From Camelus dromedarius (Eukaryota): 64,000 nt of DNA. The notes under the pieces are model-generated. The model searched no databases. It was not told the DNA's origin and worked only from the letters and a program-made list of their open reading frames with translations. The position numbers and the translations under genes were made by a program. The stretch is from contig NC_087447.1 in assembly GCF_036321535.1 (NCBI RefSeq), positions 46,502,001 to 46,566,000 of the forward strand, read 5' to 3'. Every line of letters starts with the position of its first letter. Positions within the stretch are counted from its first letter, which is position 1. This document shows positions 41,450 to 56,174 of this stretch, in pieces.

Positions 41450-42848
41450 TTTTTTTTTAACTTTTTTTTATTGAGTTATAGTCATTTACAATGTTGTGTC
41501 AAATTTCAGTGTAGAGCACAATTTTTCAGTTATATGTGAACATACATATATTCATTGTCACATTTTTTTTCACTGTGAGCTACCACAAGATCTTGTATAT
41601 ATTTCCCTGTACTATAGTGTAATCTTGTTTATCTATTCTACATATGCCTGTCAGTATCTACAAATTTTGAACTCCCAGTCTATCCCTTCCCACCCTGCTC
41701 CCCCTTGGCAACCATAAGTTTGTATTCTATGTCTATGAGTCTGTTTCTGTTTTGTATTTATGTTCTCTTTTTTTTTTTAGATTCCACATATGAGTGATCT
41801 CATATGGTATTTTTCATTCTCTTTCTGGCTTACTTCACTTAGAATGACATTCTCCAGGAACATCCATGTTGCTGCAAATGGCGTTGTCGGTTTTTATGGC
41901 TGAATAGTATTCCATTGTATAAATATACCACCTCTTCTTTATCCAGTCATCTGTTGATGGACATTTAGGCTGTTTCCATGTCTTGGCTATTGTAAATAGT
42001 GCTGCTGTGAACACTGGGGTGCAGATGTCTTTTTGAAGTAGCATTCCTTCTGGATATATGCCCAGGAGCGGGATTCCTGGGTCATATGGTAAGTCTATTC
42101 CTAGTCTTTTGAGGAATCTCCATACTGTTTTCCACAGTCGCTACACCAAACTGCATTCCCACCAGCAGTGTAGGGGAGTTCCCTTTTCTCCACAGCCTCT
42201 CCAGCATTTGTCATTTGTGGACTTTTGAATGATGGCCATTCTGACTGGTGTGAGGTGATACCTCATCGTAGTTTTTTTTTTCTCATTGTAGTTTTGATTT
42301 GCATTTCTCTGATAATTAGTGATATTGAGCATTTTTTCATATGCCTATTGATCATTTGTATTTCTTCCTTGGAAAATTGCTTGTTTAGGTCATTTTTGGA
42401 TTGGGTTGTTTGTTTTTTTCTTATTAAGTCATATGAGCTGCTTATATATTCTGGAGATCAAGCCTTTGTCGGTTTCATTTGCAAAAATTTTCTCCCATTC
42501 CGTAGGTTGTTGTTTTGTTTTACTTATGGTTTCCTTTACTATGCAGAAGCTTGTAAGTTTCATTAGGTCCCATTTATTTATTCTTGCTTTTATTTCTATT
42601 GCTTGGGAAGACTGCCCTAGGAGAACATTTTTGAGATGTATGTGAGATAACGTTTTGCCTATATTTTCTTCTAGGAGGTTTATTGTATCTTGTGTTAAGT
42701 CTTTGATCCATTTTGAGTTTATTTTTGTGTATGGTGTAAGGGAGTGTTCTAGCTTCACTGATTTACATGCTGCTGTCCGGTTTTCCCAACACCATTTGCT
42801 GAAGAGACTATCTTTATTCCATTGTATATTCTTGCCTCCTTTGTCAAA
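41450..42848 (-). mobile_element. Young camelid-type L1, 5'-truncated (~1.4 kb), same sense as STIM1
   Basis: Perfect 16-bp TSD tgattcctctacttct (41434-41449, 42849-42864), TT/AGAA endonuclease site. ORF2 C-terminal peptides [45 protein letters not shown]; poly(T) at left end. Confidence 0.92.
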
Positions 42849-43059
42849 TGATTCCTCTACTTCTAATGTATTTGAAGATATAAATTATATCACCTGAATC
42901 TTTTATTTTCCAGGCAAAAGTTTCTTCGCTAGACTATAAACTATATGAGGACTGATGTATCTGTCCTATTTACTGCCACACTCCCATGTCTAGAACAGTG
43001 CCTGGCACATATTTAGTAGACACTTCTAAATACTGAATTGTACTGGATGCTCTCCATTT

Positions 43060-43300
43060 CACAGTTTCCATGCCCTCCATCATTTATGTCACCCCTTCCT
43101 GTACAGGCTTTCACTGTTCTAAATGTTTCTGACAACATGAGATTTAAAACTGACTTCAAAACTTAAAGGTGGACTAATCAGAAGAGTGGAGAGACTAGAA
43201 TTACCTCCTCCCTCATGTATGCACCATATCACTACCACAGATTTGGCATAACTTGATAGCTTCATCAAACTGCTGGCTCACATTGAGCTTGAAAACAATG
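43060..43300 (-). mobile_element. L3/CR1 remnant (further pieces probably at ~40960-41180 and 42865-42925)
   Basis: Reverse complement caagctcaatgtgagccagcagtttgat = KLNVSQQFD, the CR1 RT motif. Confidence 0.55.
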
Positions 43301-43900
43301 GAAACTTTTCAATCTTTTCACATGTGATGACTTTGTACTCTGTGCTCTGTGGAACTGGAGCTGTAGTAATGCCAAAAGGTGAAATAGTAACAGAGCTTTT
43401 TCTATCAGGAGATTCCTCTTGCTCTTACTATCTGGACCACTCAACTGGCTCCCAGCAACTGCAGCCTGGAATTCAGAATGATCTTTCTAGGAATCTTTGT
43501 TTCTTCCTCACAAATAGAGTATAAGCTCCCAGAGGGCAAGATCTGACTATCTTGCCTTCTCTCCCACATGCCAGCACAGGGCTGAGCACAGAGTAAATAC
43601 AGATGGATGCCCTCCATCCACAGCAGGAATACAACAAGGATTCAGGGAAATTTTAAAGACTAGCCTCAGGGCTCCTTCTGCATCTCCAATGGTACAGCTC
43701 AGTCAGTGTTGTACTTCTAGCTGGTAGGCAGACTCAAATGCAGACTTAAAGCCTGTACTCTTAACAGGCCAGCTCCTTGAGGCTGCTCTTCTGAGAATCA
43801 CCTTCCTTGACAGGGATGCATTCCTAGATAACAAACCAATGTCAAGAACATCTTTCCACAGGGAACAGCCTGTCTAGACAGCTTTTGGGGACTGTCCCTA

Positions 43901-44134
<234 letters not shown>

Positions 44135-46089
44135 TCACTGTCCTTAGCTTATTGCACCTGACTCCTCATGTAGCCACTTAACTGACTGCATAGTGAGAAA
44201 AGTATATCATATTAACTGTCTCCCCTATTTAGGGACAATGCTTTATTATCCTAATAGTTCCTGATAGGGAAGTCAAGCATAGGACTGGGAATACACTGGG
44301 ATCTAGACAAAGAACATGAACAGGTAACACACAAGGAAAAAAATACAAATGACAGAAAATACAAATAGCCAATGAGCACAGGAAAAAGCCTCACTAGTAA
44401 TCAAAGAAATACATGTTCAAATGAAATATTATTTTTAGTCAGTTAATAAATAAATGTAAATTAATACAATCTTTCTAGAAACAGGAAAACAGCCCATTCG
44501 TCCAATGCCAGAATAATATGCATTTTTGTTCACTTTGTCACTGCTGGTATGTATAAGGCCAGCCACAGGCTAACTGGAGAAACCTTTTACATCTTATGCC
44601 TTCTCCCAGACAGTTGTGTTCAGCAAATATCTATTAGACATCTAAGGTCCTGAGCAAATCTGACACCACAGGGCGGTGGTTGGGAAGTCTGCAGTGCAGC
44701 TTCCTCTGCCCACCATCACATAGTCGCATAGCAACAAAACCAACACAATAGTGTAGCCCACCCAGGCTCTTTCGTGACACCTAATCCTCCTTTGCACCTA
44801 GCCTGACCGATGCACACAACAGAAAGAGACTGGAGGCTAGTATTAGCTCTACTATGTGTCTCTATCAAGTTCACTATCTGAAAAAGACATTTTAACTAAA
44901 GTTTCTAGTATTTCTCCCAATTCCTAGAATATAAAATTCCTCTTTCCTTTTGATGCTGATCTTGATAACTACTTTCTAGGCAAAATACTCTTCAGATCAC
45001 CCCCAAAGAGGACAGAAGAAATATCCTGACTTTCCAGATAATAGAAGCAGCGGTCACAGAAGAGAAAGCAAGGACAGGCTGTGGCTGTGAAGACTTCTAA
45101 AGGCCCTGATCAGAGACCTGACACACTCTAATCTACTTAATCATTTACTTGTCTGCTAGTCAAAGACAGTGATAGTGTATAGGACAGGTCACCTCTCTAT
45201 CACTTGCTAGTTGCTCAAATCCTTTTCAAAATAAGGAGATGTATAAATATTAAACTTTTAAAGAGTCCTAGATGTGACTCAATAAAGATATGTTGGATAT
45301 TGAAGCTCACAGATGTCAACTGATGCACCCAAAGTCAAAGGCAGCTGAAAAGGCACAGCAAGAGCCCAGATCCATTCACTCCCAAGCCAGCACTTCACCT
45401 GACTGCCTTTATGCCACAGTAACCAGATAGCTTTAGGTTAGTTTCATCTGCTGCAAGTCACAGACGGTAATAGTGGTAAGACACACACTGAAGAAATGGC
45501 TTTATAAAAGAAAAAAGTAAGATGAATAGTATGCATAGAAAACAAATATTGCCATGTAAGTCTATGTTCCTCTACTTTTGTGCTGCCAAGTTGGAGTGGG
45601 AAGTGGAGGGTAGGGTAAAGGGGTGGTGGACACTGAGGGGGAGGGTAGAATATAGCCCAAGATTAAGGCATTGTTCCTCAGCTTCCTCACCAACAAGAGC
45701 TCTTGGCATGACTGGTTCATTCACGGACGCCTATCCACAAATTACCTATCCAAAAAAATTGCAATAAGTAATGACTAGTTCATAGATGAAACACACAGTA
45801 CCGAGATTAGCATAACCAACATAATGCTTTCCTTCCCTTATTCCTGTTTTTATATTACTCAAAGGCATAATAATTGCTTATCAGAGCTTTATGATCAGCA
45901 TATGATTTGCCCATTTAAATAACATTTACTGAGTACTCTTCATATGTCAGGCTCTGTAATTAGCACAGGGCATAAAGAGATGAATCAGAGCTCATCTTTG
46001 CTCTCAAAGAGCTCAATTATAAAAGTTGGGGAGACAGGTAACTAAAACCCTATGTGCTAAATGCCATAATAGAAAGAACTGAGATTATG

Positions 46090-46314
46090 CTAGGGATCAA
46101 CAAAACTTTCTTTGTAAAAGGCCAGACAGCAAACAATTTAGGATTTACAGGCCATATAGTCTCTGTTGCAACTACTTAACTCTGTCATTGAGCACAAAAG
46201 CAGCCATAGACAAAACATAAGCGAGTGAGTTTAGCTGTGTTCCAATAAAACTTTATTTACAAAAACAGGTGGTAGGCTGGATTTGACCCCTGCACCATAC
46301 TTTGCTGACCACTG
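46090..46314. mobile_element. MER58A hAT-Charlie element
   Basis: gtaaaaggccagacagcaaa...gtctctgttgcaactacttaactctg...gctgtgttccaataaaactttatttacaaaaacagg...tttgctgaccactg. Confidence 0.75.
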
Positions 46315-47562
46315 TTGTAGAGGACCATAGGTAGCACACCTGAACTACATCGGATCGACAGATTTCTGACCCAAAACAAAGAAATCTAATCTTTTCATTA
46401 GCTTGTATCTACACACAGGTTTATCCTAAGTAAAGCACAACTTCTAACAGGCTTTTTAAAATAATGGAAATAAGTTTACCAAGCTCTAGAGACTGGGGGT
46501 CTCCAGGCTGGCACAATTGCCCTGAGGTCAGCCAGCCCCTTTCGAAAAGACCTTCGGCAAGTCCAAGAAGTTTGGACTTCAAACACCAGGCTCTAGTTTA
46601 AAACCTGATCAGACAGACAGGTGACCTTTGCTGCTGGCATCTCTGGCATAGAGAAGGATTAAAGGGATTGAGGACAAGGGAGTACAAAATCTTGATGTCC
46701 CATATGGTCACAGAATCCTGTAGAATCCTGTCCAGAAGAAAATCACGTCAGCCAAAATTCACAAATAATTCCTTCAACTAAGCACTTCCTAGGCTGCCTC
46801 TCTCCTTCCTGAGACCTATTCTACCTTCTCTTAATACATTCCAATCTGGCAAGATTCCCCAGACCCATCTGAAAATACCTTATAAGATCCAGCCACCATT
46901 TAGCAACACATTATTACTGCAATGAGAGAGTCCTGGACTTGGAGTCAGAAGACATATGTCAAAATCCCAGCTTCATCAGTTACAACCATTTGATGTTAGA
47001 CAAGTTGTTTAATTTCTCTGAGCCTCTAATATCTCATCTGCAAAATAAGGATAATTATCTCTACTGCACAGGGTTCTTGTGAGAATTAAGCAAGACCATA
47101 TTTATTAAAACACCTAGCTTAGGGCCTGCATGAAGCTGACATCTAGTACATTTGTAGTCTCCTTCTTTCCTCCCAGAGCAGCAAGTGAACAGTTCCCATC
47201 TTTTGCTAACTTCAGCCCCTTTCCCTATCAGACCATAAAGGATCAAATACAGGAGGTATAGTCCAATCAAATTGATCAGACATAAGTTCTAGGTGAGCTG
47301 GCAAGTGACTCTGACAGTAGCCTGCCCCTCCCACAGCATTTATATGTCTACCACTGGTAACATTTATCATACTGTGTGGTAGTTATCAGTTTAATTTGTC
47401 TTCTATAAGGGCTTAGGACCATGTCCACAGCAGCAAGAAAAGGATCTTGATAGATGCTCAATAAATGTTTTTTGTATGAATAACTACATACCAACTCTAC
47501 AATTATGTGTAGGATTTCTATAGGCAGAAAAGAGAAGTTTAGGTAGACAGAATAGCATAGGA

Positions 47563-48891
47563 CCAGGTTTTTAATATTTTTGGTCACAGGACCCCTTTAT
47601 TCACTTAAAAATTGAAAATCCCACAACTGATACTTACTGTGTTAGAAATTAAAAAACAAATTCCAATATTTAGCAATTAATTCTCATATGTGTTAATATA
47701 AACAACATGTTTTTATGAGAAATAATTGTTTTCTGCAAAAAATTCATGAGGAGAGTGAGATTGTTACACATTTTTGCAAATCTCTTTAATGTCTAGCTTG
47801 ATAGAAAACAGCTATTCCAGTCTTACATCTATTTCTGCATTCAATTTTCAATCAAAACATAGATATGCAGTTGGAAAAGGCAGGAGTATTTTAATAATCT
47901 TTCAGATAACTGTGGTCATTCTTCTCTGATACTTCACCAAAACTTGACAAATAGTAGGTTTAGTAAAGGTTAGTTACAATGTGAAATCTGAAACTATGCA
48001 GATGAACTCTATTACATTAAAATCCATTGGTCTACCTTACACTTTCAATGGATCTTTTATCCATGGGTGATTTTGTAACATGATACATTAGTCATTTGGA
48101 AACTAGTGATTCAATGAGTTAGGCAGAACTTCCAAATGTGACACATTTCATTTATACAATATCAAAATATCACAATTATTAATATCACCACTGATGTTAT
48201 CAGAAAAGCTTTAAATCTGGGAAGCTGTCAAGCTCACAGGGGCAGGTACAAGTTTTCCAAAATTCTAATTTTCAATTAAAAGCTGAAATTTTATCATTGG
48301 CAACAAATACTACCAGTTGCTTTCCCTAAAGTAGGAGACTCACTTCATTCATTTTCAAGAAAATGTCTGCCAAATACATAAGTCTGAATAACTGCAGCTT
48401 GTCTGTTAGTTATTCTTTCAAGTAAAAATAGTGTTTCCTGAAAAAAGGAGGTAGTTCAGCTTGCAACTCAATCACACAAATGCTCTTCCTTGAGATAAGC
48501 ATCAGGTTTCTACATGCAGCAGAAGTGCTTTATGCGTACTTCCTGTTTCATCACACAGAATACTAAAGAGACATGTATTCATGGGGTACAATTTAATAAA
48601 ATTAATACATTTTTACTTCTTTATTAAAAGCTTAAAAAAAAAAAAACAGAGTGCATGGAGGTGAGGAATGCAATGATTACTGGCACAGTTTTGGGCCATT
48701 GCTTCGATTCCTGTTAAGGTGCCAGCAGTTTTACCTAATTTCTTCTGCACCAACAATGCAAATGTACACACACTGGAAAAAACAAATAGTATCTCAGCAT
48801 TATTATTAAAATGGCTTTGACCTTCTGGACCCCCCCCCAAAAGATTCTGGTGACCCCCAGTAGTCTGCAGACCACACTTAGTTAACCACTG
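47563..48891 (-). mobile_element. Charlie1a-like hAT DNA transposon deletion derivative
   Basis: Minus strand starts cagtggttaactaagtgtggtctgcagac. ORF 48613..48840 has GKTAGTLTGIEAMAQNCASNHCIPHLHAL, the hAT transposase CxxH region. Length ~1.3 kb. Confidence 0.75.
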
Positions 48892-50154
48892 ACAAATAAA
48901 ACCAAAAAGTCCTTTCCCTCATGTCCAAATCGCCTCCCTTTTCACCAGGCAGAGCTAATCATTTACTGTTCTATGCTCCAAAGCACTTTGTACATAACTC
49001 TGTTATATTAATTCTCATGCTCTGAGTTGTTTGCATGCCACATCCAGAAAAGGGCAAGGACTAAATTTGACTCACTCTATCCCCCAGGGCCCAGTACGGC
49101 ACCATCACTAATATCCACCTTGTCAAGTATGAAGTCAGTAAATGCTGGCTGAATGAATGAATGTATGAGTGAATGGATTCATTACAAACCATATCTCCCC
49201 AAAAGGCAAGAGAATTCTTGAGTGCAACCCACCGATTCCCAGCACCAATATCCACCCAATCCACTCTTCTCCTGGCCAGTTTCATCTCTCATCACTAAAC
49301 ATTGATTCATCCCCAGAGAACACATATCTGCAGGCATGCAAAGCAGAGCCAGTGCAGCTGAGCTGGACAATGGACTGTTTGATGTGAGACCCAAGCCCAA
49401 AGGGAAAGAAGTGAGAGAAACAGCAGTCAAGGAAGAAGGTAGAGAGGAGGAGGAAAGAAGGGTTAGCTGTTCCTCAGCACTTGCCTGGGAACTGAGGGGA
49501 ATCTGGAAATGGCTAAATTTTACCAGCAGGGGCCTCATACCTGAAAATAACTTCTCCCTCTTCACACTTCATCCCCCAACCAGGGCTGGCAAGCTCTGCA
49601 GTGGCTCTGATGGGATCAGAATCCAGGCTTACCCTTAGAAAGGGGTCAGAAGACAGTGTGACTGAGAGCATGAGCCCTGGGAAGACTTTCAGATTCGACC
49701 AATGACTACAAGGTTCCAGACATAAAACAGCCTGGAACCTAGAATGGGGATGGGGTTGGGAGAAGGGCAGGGGACTCTTTAGATTAAAATGTTAAAGGCT
49801 GAGAAGGGAAACTGGTTTGGGACCTGAAACTGGCAAGAAAGTCCCCCCTCCCCCAGCCCCAGATAGAATACAGGACATAGCAGGCCTAGCCACAGAGAAG
49901 AGAGGAGTCAGATCCCTGGGCTGCATAAAACAGAGCCTACCTAAGGGATGCTCCTGCCCCCGTTAGAACATCATGTCCTTATATCCAAGAAGAGGCCCAG
50001 CTCTTCCCAGCAGGAGGCAGGATTCAGAACAGCTTTCCTTCTGGACAAAGCTGGCACTGATACTGATATCAGCTACCCAAGTAACACTGACCCAAAAGAC
50101 TTCTGACCATGCTCACTTTTCCCCACCAAGAGATAATACATCAAAAAAATAACC

Positions 50155-50550
50155 CAAACAACACCCAGAGTGAATCCTAATGTAAACTATGGACACTGAG
50201 TGATTATGATGTGTCAATATAGGTTCATCTTTGTTTAAAAAAAAGTATCATTCTGGTAAGTAATGTTGATAATAGGGGTTGGCTATGCACAGATGGAGGC
50301 AGAGGATATATGAGAAACCTCTGTATCTGCCTTTCTTTTTTTTTTTTTTTTTACATATTTTAAAATTTGCATACATGTACTGTTCATTGTTTCTAAGAAC
50401 ATTTAGAGCTTTAGCTTTTTTAATTTACATAGTTATCAAAAGAATAAAGCCAACCACAAAATAAGAATTAATTCAAAAAGCTCTGTATCTGCTTTTCAAT
50501 TTTGTTATAAACCTAAAACTGCTTTAAGAAAATAAAGTCTTAAAAAAAGA
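50155..50550 (+). mobile_element. L1MC-like 3' end interrupted by an orphan polyadenylated insert
   Basis: agagtgaatcctaatgtaaactatggac...tgatgtgtcaatataggttcatc...ctctgtatctgc...aacctaaaactgctttaagaaaataaagtc. Confidence 0.75.
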
Positions 50551-51850
50551 AAGCACAGCCTATGATATACGTATGGTCAGTAGAGGTTTTTTCAATTCTC
50601 ATTAGTCTGCTTTTAAAAATATTATAGATTGATTATAATGTGAATAGTCTCACTCTCACCTCTGATCTGAACACTCCAGTAACAACTTTTTAAATTTATA
50701 TGAAATATAATTAAAAAAAGTCATCAGTGGAAAAAACAATCAAGAGCATCAACTACGTATAAAAACTCCAATATGCAACACAATGAGATATACCTCCAAG
50801 TTCCACCGGCATTTCTGACTTTGTACACCTTATGGTCTTACCACAGTCAGCCTACAACTGCAGTTATTTGAGATATCTGAGGGCAGAGCTCATGTCTTTT
50901 TCATTTTTTTCATAGCGCCTTCTACCACCTCACACATGATATATTTGTTCATTCATTTGTTTATTGTCTATCTCCCTCCAACAGAAGTATGGTTCACAAG
51001 CAGAGACTTTTTTATTCACTGCAGTATCCCCAGAGACTCATACAGTGCCTGGCACATAGTAGGTATTCATATTGATTTGTTGAATGAGTGAATAAATCTC
51101 CCTACTGTGCAAAGCAGATTCCTCCTCTCTACCTGACTTCTTAATGTTGGAGTTTTAAAGAATTCAGGCTCAGTCCTAGGCTCTCTTCTCTTTTCATACT
51201 ACACTCTCTCCTAAAGTAATCTTACCTCTCTTCATAGCTTAAATTACCATTTATAGAAATCACTAGCTATTTACCAACTCCCAAAAAACAAAATGATGTT
51301 TCTGGTTCAAGTTTCCCTTTTGACCTACAGAACCCACAAAATCCAACTACCTACCAAACGTCTCCACATAGATATCTAATAGGCATCTCAACTCATAATG
51401 TCTAAATCTAAACTCATTATCTTTCCCCCATTCTTCTTACTTCACCAGTTGTGTCAGAAACCTTAACATCTCACTCTCCCCAACTCCCCACATTTAATCC
51501 ATCATCAATCCTAGTTCAAGACTCCTCAACGATTCCAAATCTCATTCTCCATGTAGCATGTCACTCTCGGGGGAAGTGGTCTAAATACTTAATGAGCAAT
51601 CAGTAGGGATGTGGGCTATAGGCAGTGCTAGTGCATACCAGCTACATAACTGTCCAACTCATCTCCCTGCTTAACACCCTTCAAAATCTTCTCATTATTC
51701 TTAAGATAAACCTCAAATTTCTTACTGTGGCCTGCCAGGCCCAAAATGATCTGCCACCTGCCACCTTTCTGGTCTCATGTCCAGCAAATTCCCCTGCTTT
51801 GTGTGGTCCCTCTTTGACATGTCAAGTTTCTTCCCCCCTGTCCTCACAGC

Positions 51851-52958
51851 ACAGTGGTTCTCAGCTCTGGCTGCATATTAGAATCACCTACGGAGCTCTT
51901 AAACTGCCGACGCCCAGGCTCCATCCCAGACCAAGTAAATCAGTATCTCTACGGATAGGACTTAGGGATGCATTTGGGTTTTGGGAGAGACTTTTTGTTT
52001 TTCCTTTAATTGAGAAATAATACATATACAGTAAAGTACATAAATAAACATAAAGATCAATTAATTTTTACATACATATATTGGTAACTACCACCCAAAT
52101 CAAGATATAGAATATTCCCACTACTCCAGGAAGGCTCCCTCCCCTTGCCCCTTTCCAATCAATACTACCACCACAAACCCCCCTCCTCCACAGTGGTAAC
52201 CACTATTCTGACTTTTATTACCATAGATAAGTTTTGCCTTTTTTGTCATTTATAAAAATGGAACATGGGTATATTTAGGGTATAGTTGCACACAGTAAAA
52301 TGCTCGCATTTTAGGTGTACAGTTCAATGTGTTTGACAAACACACACTTATATAACCACCACCCAAATTGAGATGTAGAACACTTCCATCACCACAAAAT
52401 GTTCCTATTTGGCCCTTCAACCCCCTCCCTGTGCAACCACTGATCTGATTTCTATCATTAGAAATTAGTTTTGCCTATTCTAGAACCTCAAGTAAGTGTA
52501 ATCATCACACTGTACTCTTTTGTGTCTGGCTTCTTTTGTTCAGCATGATTTGAGAGTCAACCATGTTGTCACATGAATCAGTTGTTTGCTCCAATTTATT
52601 ACCGAATAGTAGCTCATTGAATGGATATACCACAATATTCATTAACCAGTTTTTGGCTGTTACAAATAAAGTGCTATGAACATTTGTGTATAAGTCTTCA
52701 TGCTGACAAATGTTTTCATTTTTCTTGAGTGAAAATGAGTTGGTTCTTTTTCTTGAGTTCTACTAGGGGTGGAACTACTGAGTTATATAGCAGGGGTATG
52801 TTTAACTTTTTAAGTAACTGCCAAACTGTTATCCAAAGTAGTTGTATCACTTTATACTACCACCAGTATGCATCAATATGAATCACTAGTCCGGTTACTT
52901 TATATATTCTATTATACAAGTGGTGATGCTAATGTGCAGCCCAGGTTGAGAATCACCT
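51851..52958. mobile_element. MER5-type hAT element split by old L1 3' fragments (~51995-52870, minus strand)
   Basis: cagtggttctca...tgcatattagaatcacct...cccagacc...aatcag at left; gatgctaatgtgcagcccaggttgagaatcac at right; L1 3'UTR motifs in between. Confidence 0.65.
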
Positions 52959-55900
52959 AGAATTCCTTTACATGAAAGGCTCTTCATTCTTTCTTAACCG
53001 GCAAACTCTGACTCATACTGTTAGTTTCAGTTTGAATACATTTTCTTTAAAGGATATTCTATGACTCATCCTCTTTCTCAAACTGGTTTAGGCCCACATT
53101 ACACATTCTCCAAAGTACTCTATATTTTTCATTTATAACACTTTTCACAATTGTAATCATTTGTGTGATACTTTGCCTAACATGTATTCTCCACTAAACT
53201 ATAAGTTCCAGAGCAGCAGGAATCAGGCTATCTTCTTTATGGCTGAATCCTAACTTCCAGCCAACACCTAGCACCTAGCAAAGTGCCTAGCACAACAGCT
53301 GGACTTCAATAACCATTTGCTGAATAAACAAATGAACGCCCAGAAGAACTTGTTGCATGAAGGAGCAAATTGAGAGACGAACAAATACAGTCCCTGCCCA
53401 CAAAAAGAACTAGAATGAGCACATTACATGAGTTACAGACACAAAGTAGAAAATGGTAAGAGCAGCCATAGATGGCATAAGCTGAACAATAGTTAGGAGA
53501 CAAGGTCGGCAGAAGGGAAGGCTATCCAAGCAAAGCAAGCCCAAGAACAAGGAGCACAGCATCTTACACAGTTTGATTTATTAAAGGAGCCAGGGTCAAA
53601 GTGTTCTTTTTAACAATCTTGCAAAAGCTCCTAGAATGGGAGTAGAATGGGAGTAATGGATGTTAGGATCCCTCAAACTCATCATACTCAGACTCTAAGT
53701 GGTAGAGTTGGAGGGACTTTGAAGGGTATCACAGGTCACTGCTCATTTTACAACTGAAAAAGGAAACTGAGGCCATGAAATAGGGTTGTTTTGCCCTAGG
53801 TTGGACAGCAAAGTAGTGTCAGAATCAGATTAGAAACCTCGCCAACTTCTTATGCCAGGTCTTATAACAAGACTATAGTTGGGAGATACAGATGAGCCTG
53901 TCTAAGAAGGCTCCTTAGAACTACTAACTCTTACTCTCCAAGGCCAACAGATGGAGAGAGTGGGGAGAGAATGGGTTCAATCAGGCTCTTTTTGTCTATT
54001 AAGGGCAAACACAGAAGTCCTAACTGAGCTTGTGCCACTCCCCAAGCAGGGTAAAGTAACTTTCTGGTTTTGCCTTAACTTCTTCAATGTCCAGCACTAG
54101 CTAAAGGCTTCTTCTTCATTAGGACTTAGAAACAAATTTTAAAAGACACAAGAGAAGGAATACGAGTCCCTGGTACACTCTACTGGGAGGAGCAAAAAGA
54201 GCAAAAGAATATGATTCTGTTTAAGCACATCAAACCTAATCACCTGCTAAAAGAGATGAAGAAATCTTCAGGCCTCTTTCCTCGGCAGGGTTGGGGGCAC
54301 TCAACCAATCCCTCTTGTGCCCCATTTCTACCATCTTTCCTCCCTCAGTATTTGTTTCTTTATATTTTGATCTCATAAGAAGCTTCTTTCCAGAAGAAGA
54401 TAGCTAATCCCTAAAGTTAGTCCCCAAGAAGCAGGCCACAACTTCAATAACTTGGGCTTCCAGTGCAGGGGCCTTAACACTGTTCTGACTCCCCATGCCT
54501 ACTCCTGGGTCTCCTGCAGGGCTTCGGACTTTTGCCCATCTACTTCATAGCTTATTTGCTTGCCCTTTTAAACCTATAACCTTTCTGACTGAATCAGAAG
54601 TGTCTGACCCCGAGTTCAGTGTTCACATGCTGCCATTTTAACACTTATTTATGATTTTTCAAACAGCTATTTGCTGAACACCAAACTAGCTAACAGTAGT
54701 GGGAATACAGAGAAGTAAAGACACACTTCTCTGGTCTCCACGGTCCCCTCCATCCCTACCTCCCAATTATGAAAATATATACTGAATTGCAGAAGTAGAC
54801 ATGGGTCTTTGAACCCAACTTTCTTATACCCTGACCAGTCCAAGGATTAATTTTCTTATCTAAAAAATTAGTCATGTCCTTTGAAAAATAGGAGAGCCCT
54901 TTAAAAATCTCAGTCATTCATTTGTTAGTTCTCTATTCTTTGCTTTATCTGTGAGTCTAATCTTCCCAACTGCAGCAGGAAGAGTCTGATTTTTCCATTG
55001 TCCCTTGTGTCTGGCCTAGGACTGGACAACACAGTACCTGTCTAGTGACAACTGAAAGTTGTGTACAGATTGGGAAGATTCACTTTCTCAGCTCTGGGGT
55101 CCCACACACCATAGGTCTTTACATTCTAAAGGTGCCAAGAAGTGTGACAGCCTCAAAGAAATTCAATCAACACATGCTTGTTCAAAAGCCACCCCAAATT
55201 CTCTGATCCAGCGCCTGACCCAAACATTCTTGTGTCCTGGCCAGTACTTGTCAGGGTCTGAGGTGGCCAAAAATATAATTACAAACAACTCAAAACAGCT
55301 TTCTGCAAGGAAGAGTTTTCTAAAAGTGCTAGGGTGAGCACCCAAGGACCTGCTCAGATAGGGACTTTGCACAGTGCCCAAGGGAAATGTCCAACTCATT
55401 AGTTGACCCTGAATTTAAATCCTCTGAGTTCAGAAGTGGGGCTGGCTCCCAACAATCAGTGCTTATCCCAGCAGCCCCAAGAGCACGGTGATAAATGCCT
55501 TGAATATATAAACACTGAGGAGCCAGGCACACCACTGCATGGGGTAAAAACAATGTGGATTCCAGTTTCCATAGCAACAAGAGGTCATCCTCAAGCCTCC
55601 CAGGCCCATTGCTGGCTGGCTTACCAGAGAACACATTCCTAGGCTCCAAAAGAGACCACGACTAGGAGAAAGCTTCTCATCAGCTTTCTGCCCCCATATA
55701 AGCCTCCACTCAACACAAGGAAACTAACTGGCCCCTCTTCTTATTTTCTTGAGAGACAATAACCAAGAACAGCTACTGAAAAACCTGGTTGGCAGTCAGG
55801 ATGATCATTCTAAGAAGTAGGTTCACAGCCCTTCCTTATCTGATGCAGTTCTCAGCTATGGTAGCAGAGCAAGTCCCCTGACTACCCAGAAGGAAGTGTG

Positions 55901-56174
55901 CCTGAGCCTCCTTACAGTCCAGGCTTCCAACCCTGCTCCTTCATCTGCACAAGGCTGATATGATTTCTGAGGAAAGGCTTCTATGGCAAAGCTTATTCCA
56001 GCTCAGAGAACTGAGTTCAGGTTTCAATGTGCCTTGCCTGGATTATTACAACAGCTTCCTCACAGTTCGCCCTGTCTCTGCTCTAGTTTTTCTCAAACTC
56101 ATCCTCTACCAAATCAGTCAGTAGAATTTTTTTTTAAATTCAAATCTACTAGACCACTGCCCTGAATAAAGTCC

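Noticed and set aside
48613..48840. Domesticated hAT transposase exon
   Set aside because: Short, frameshifted fragment within an ordinary Charlie1a-like copy; no splice context seen.
49061..49638. Overlapping 72-127 aa ORFs on both strands
   Set aside because: Low-complexity purine-rich sequence with no homology or exon signals; consistent with chance.
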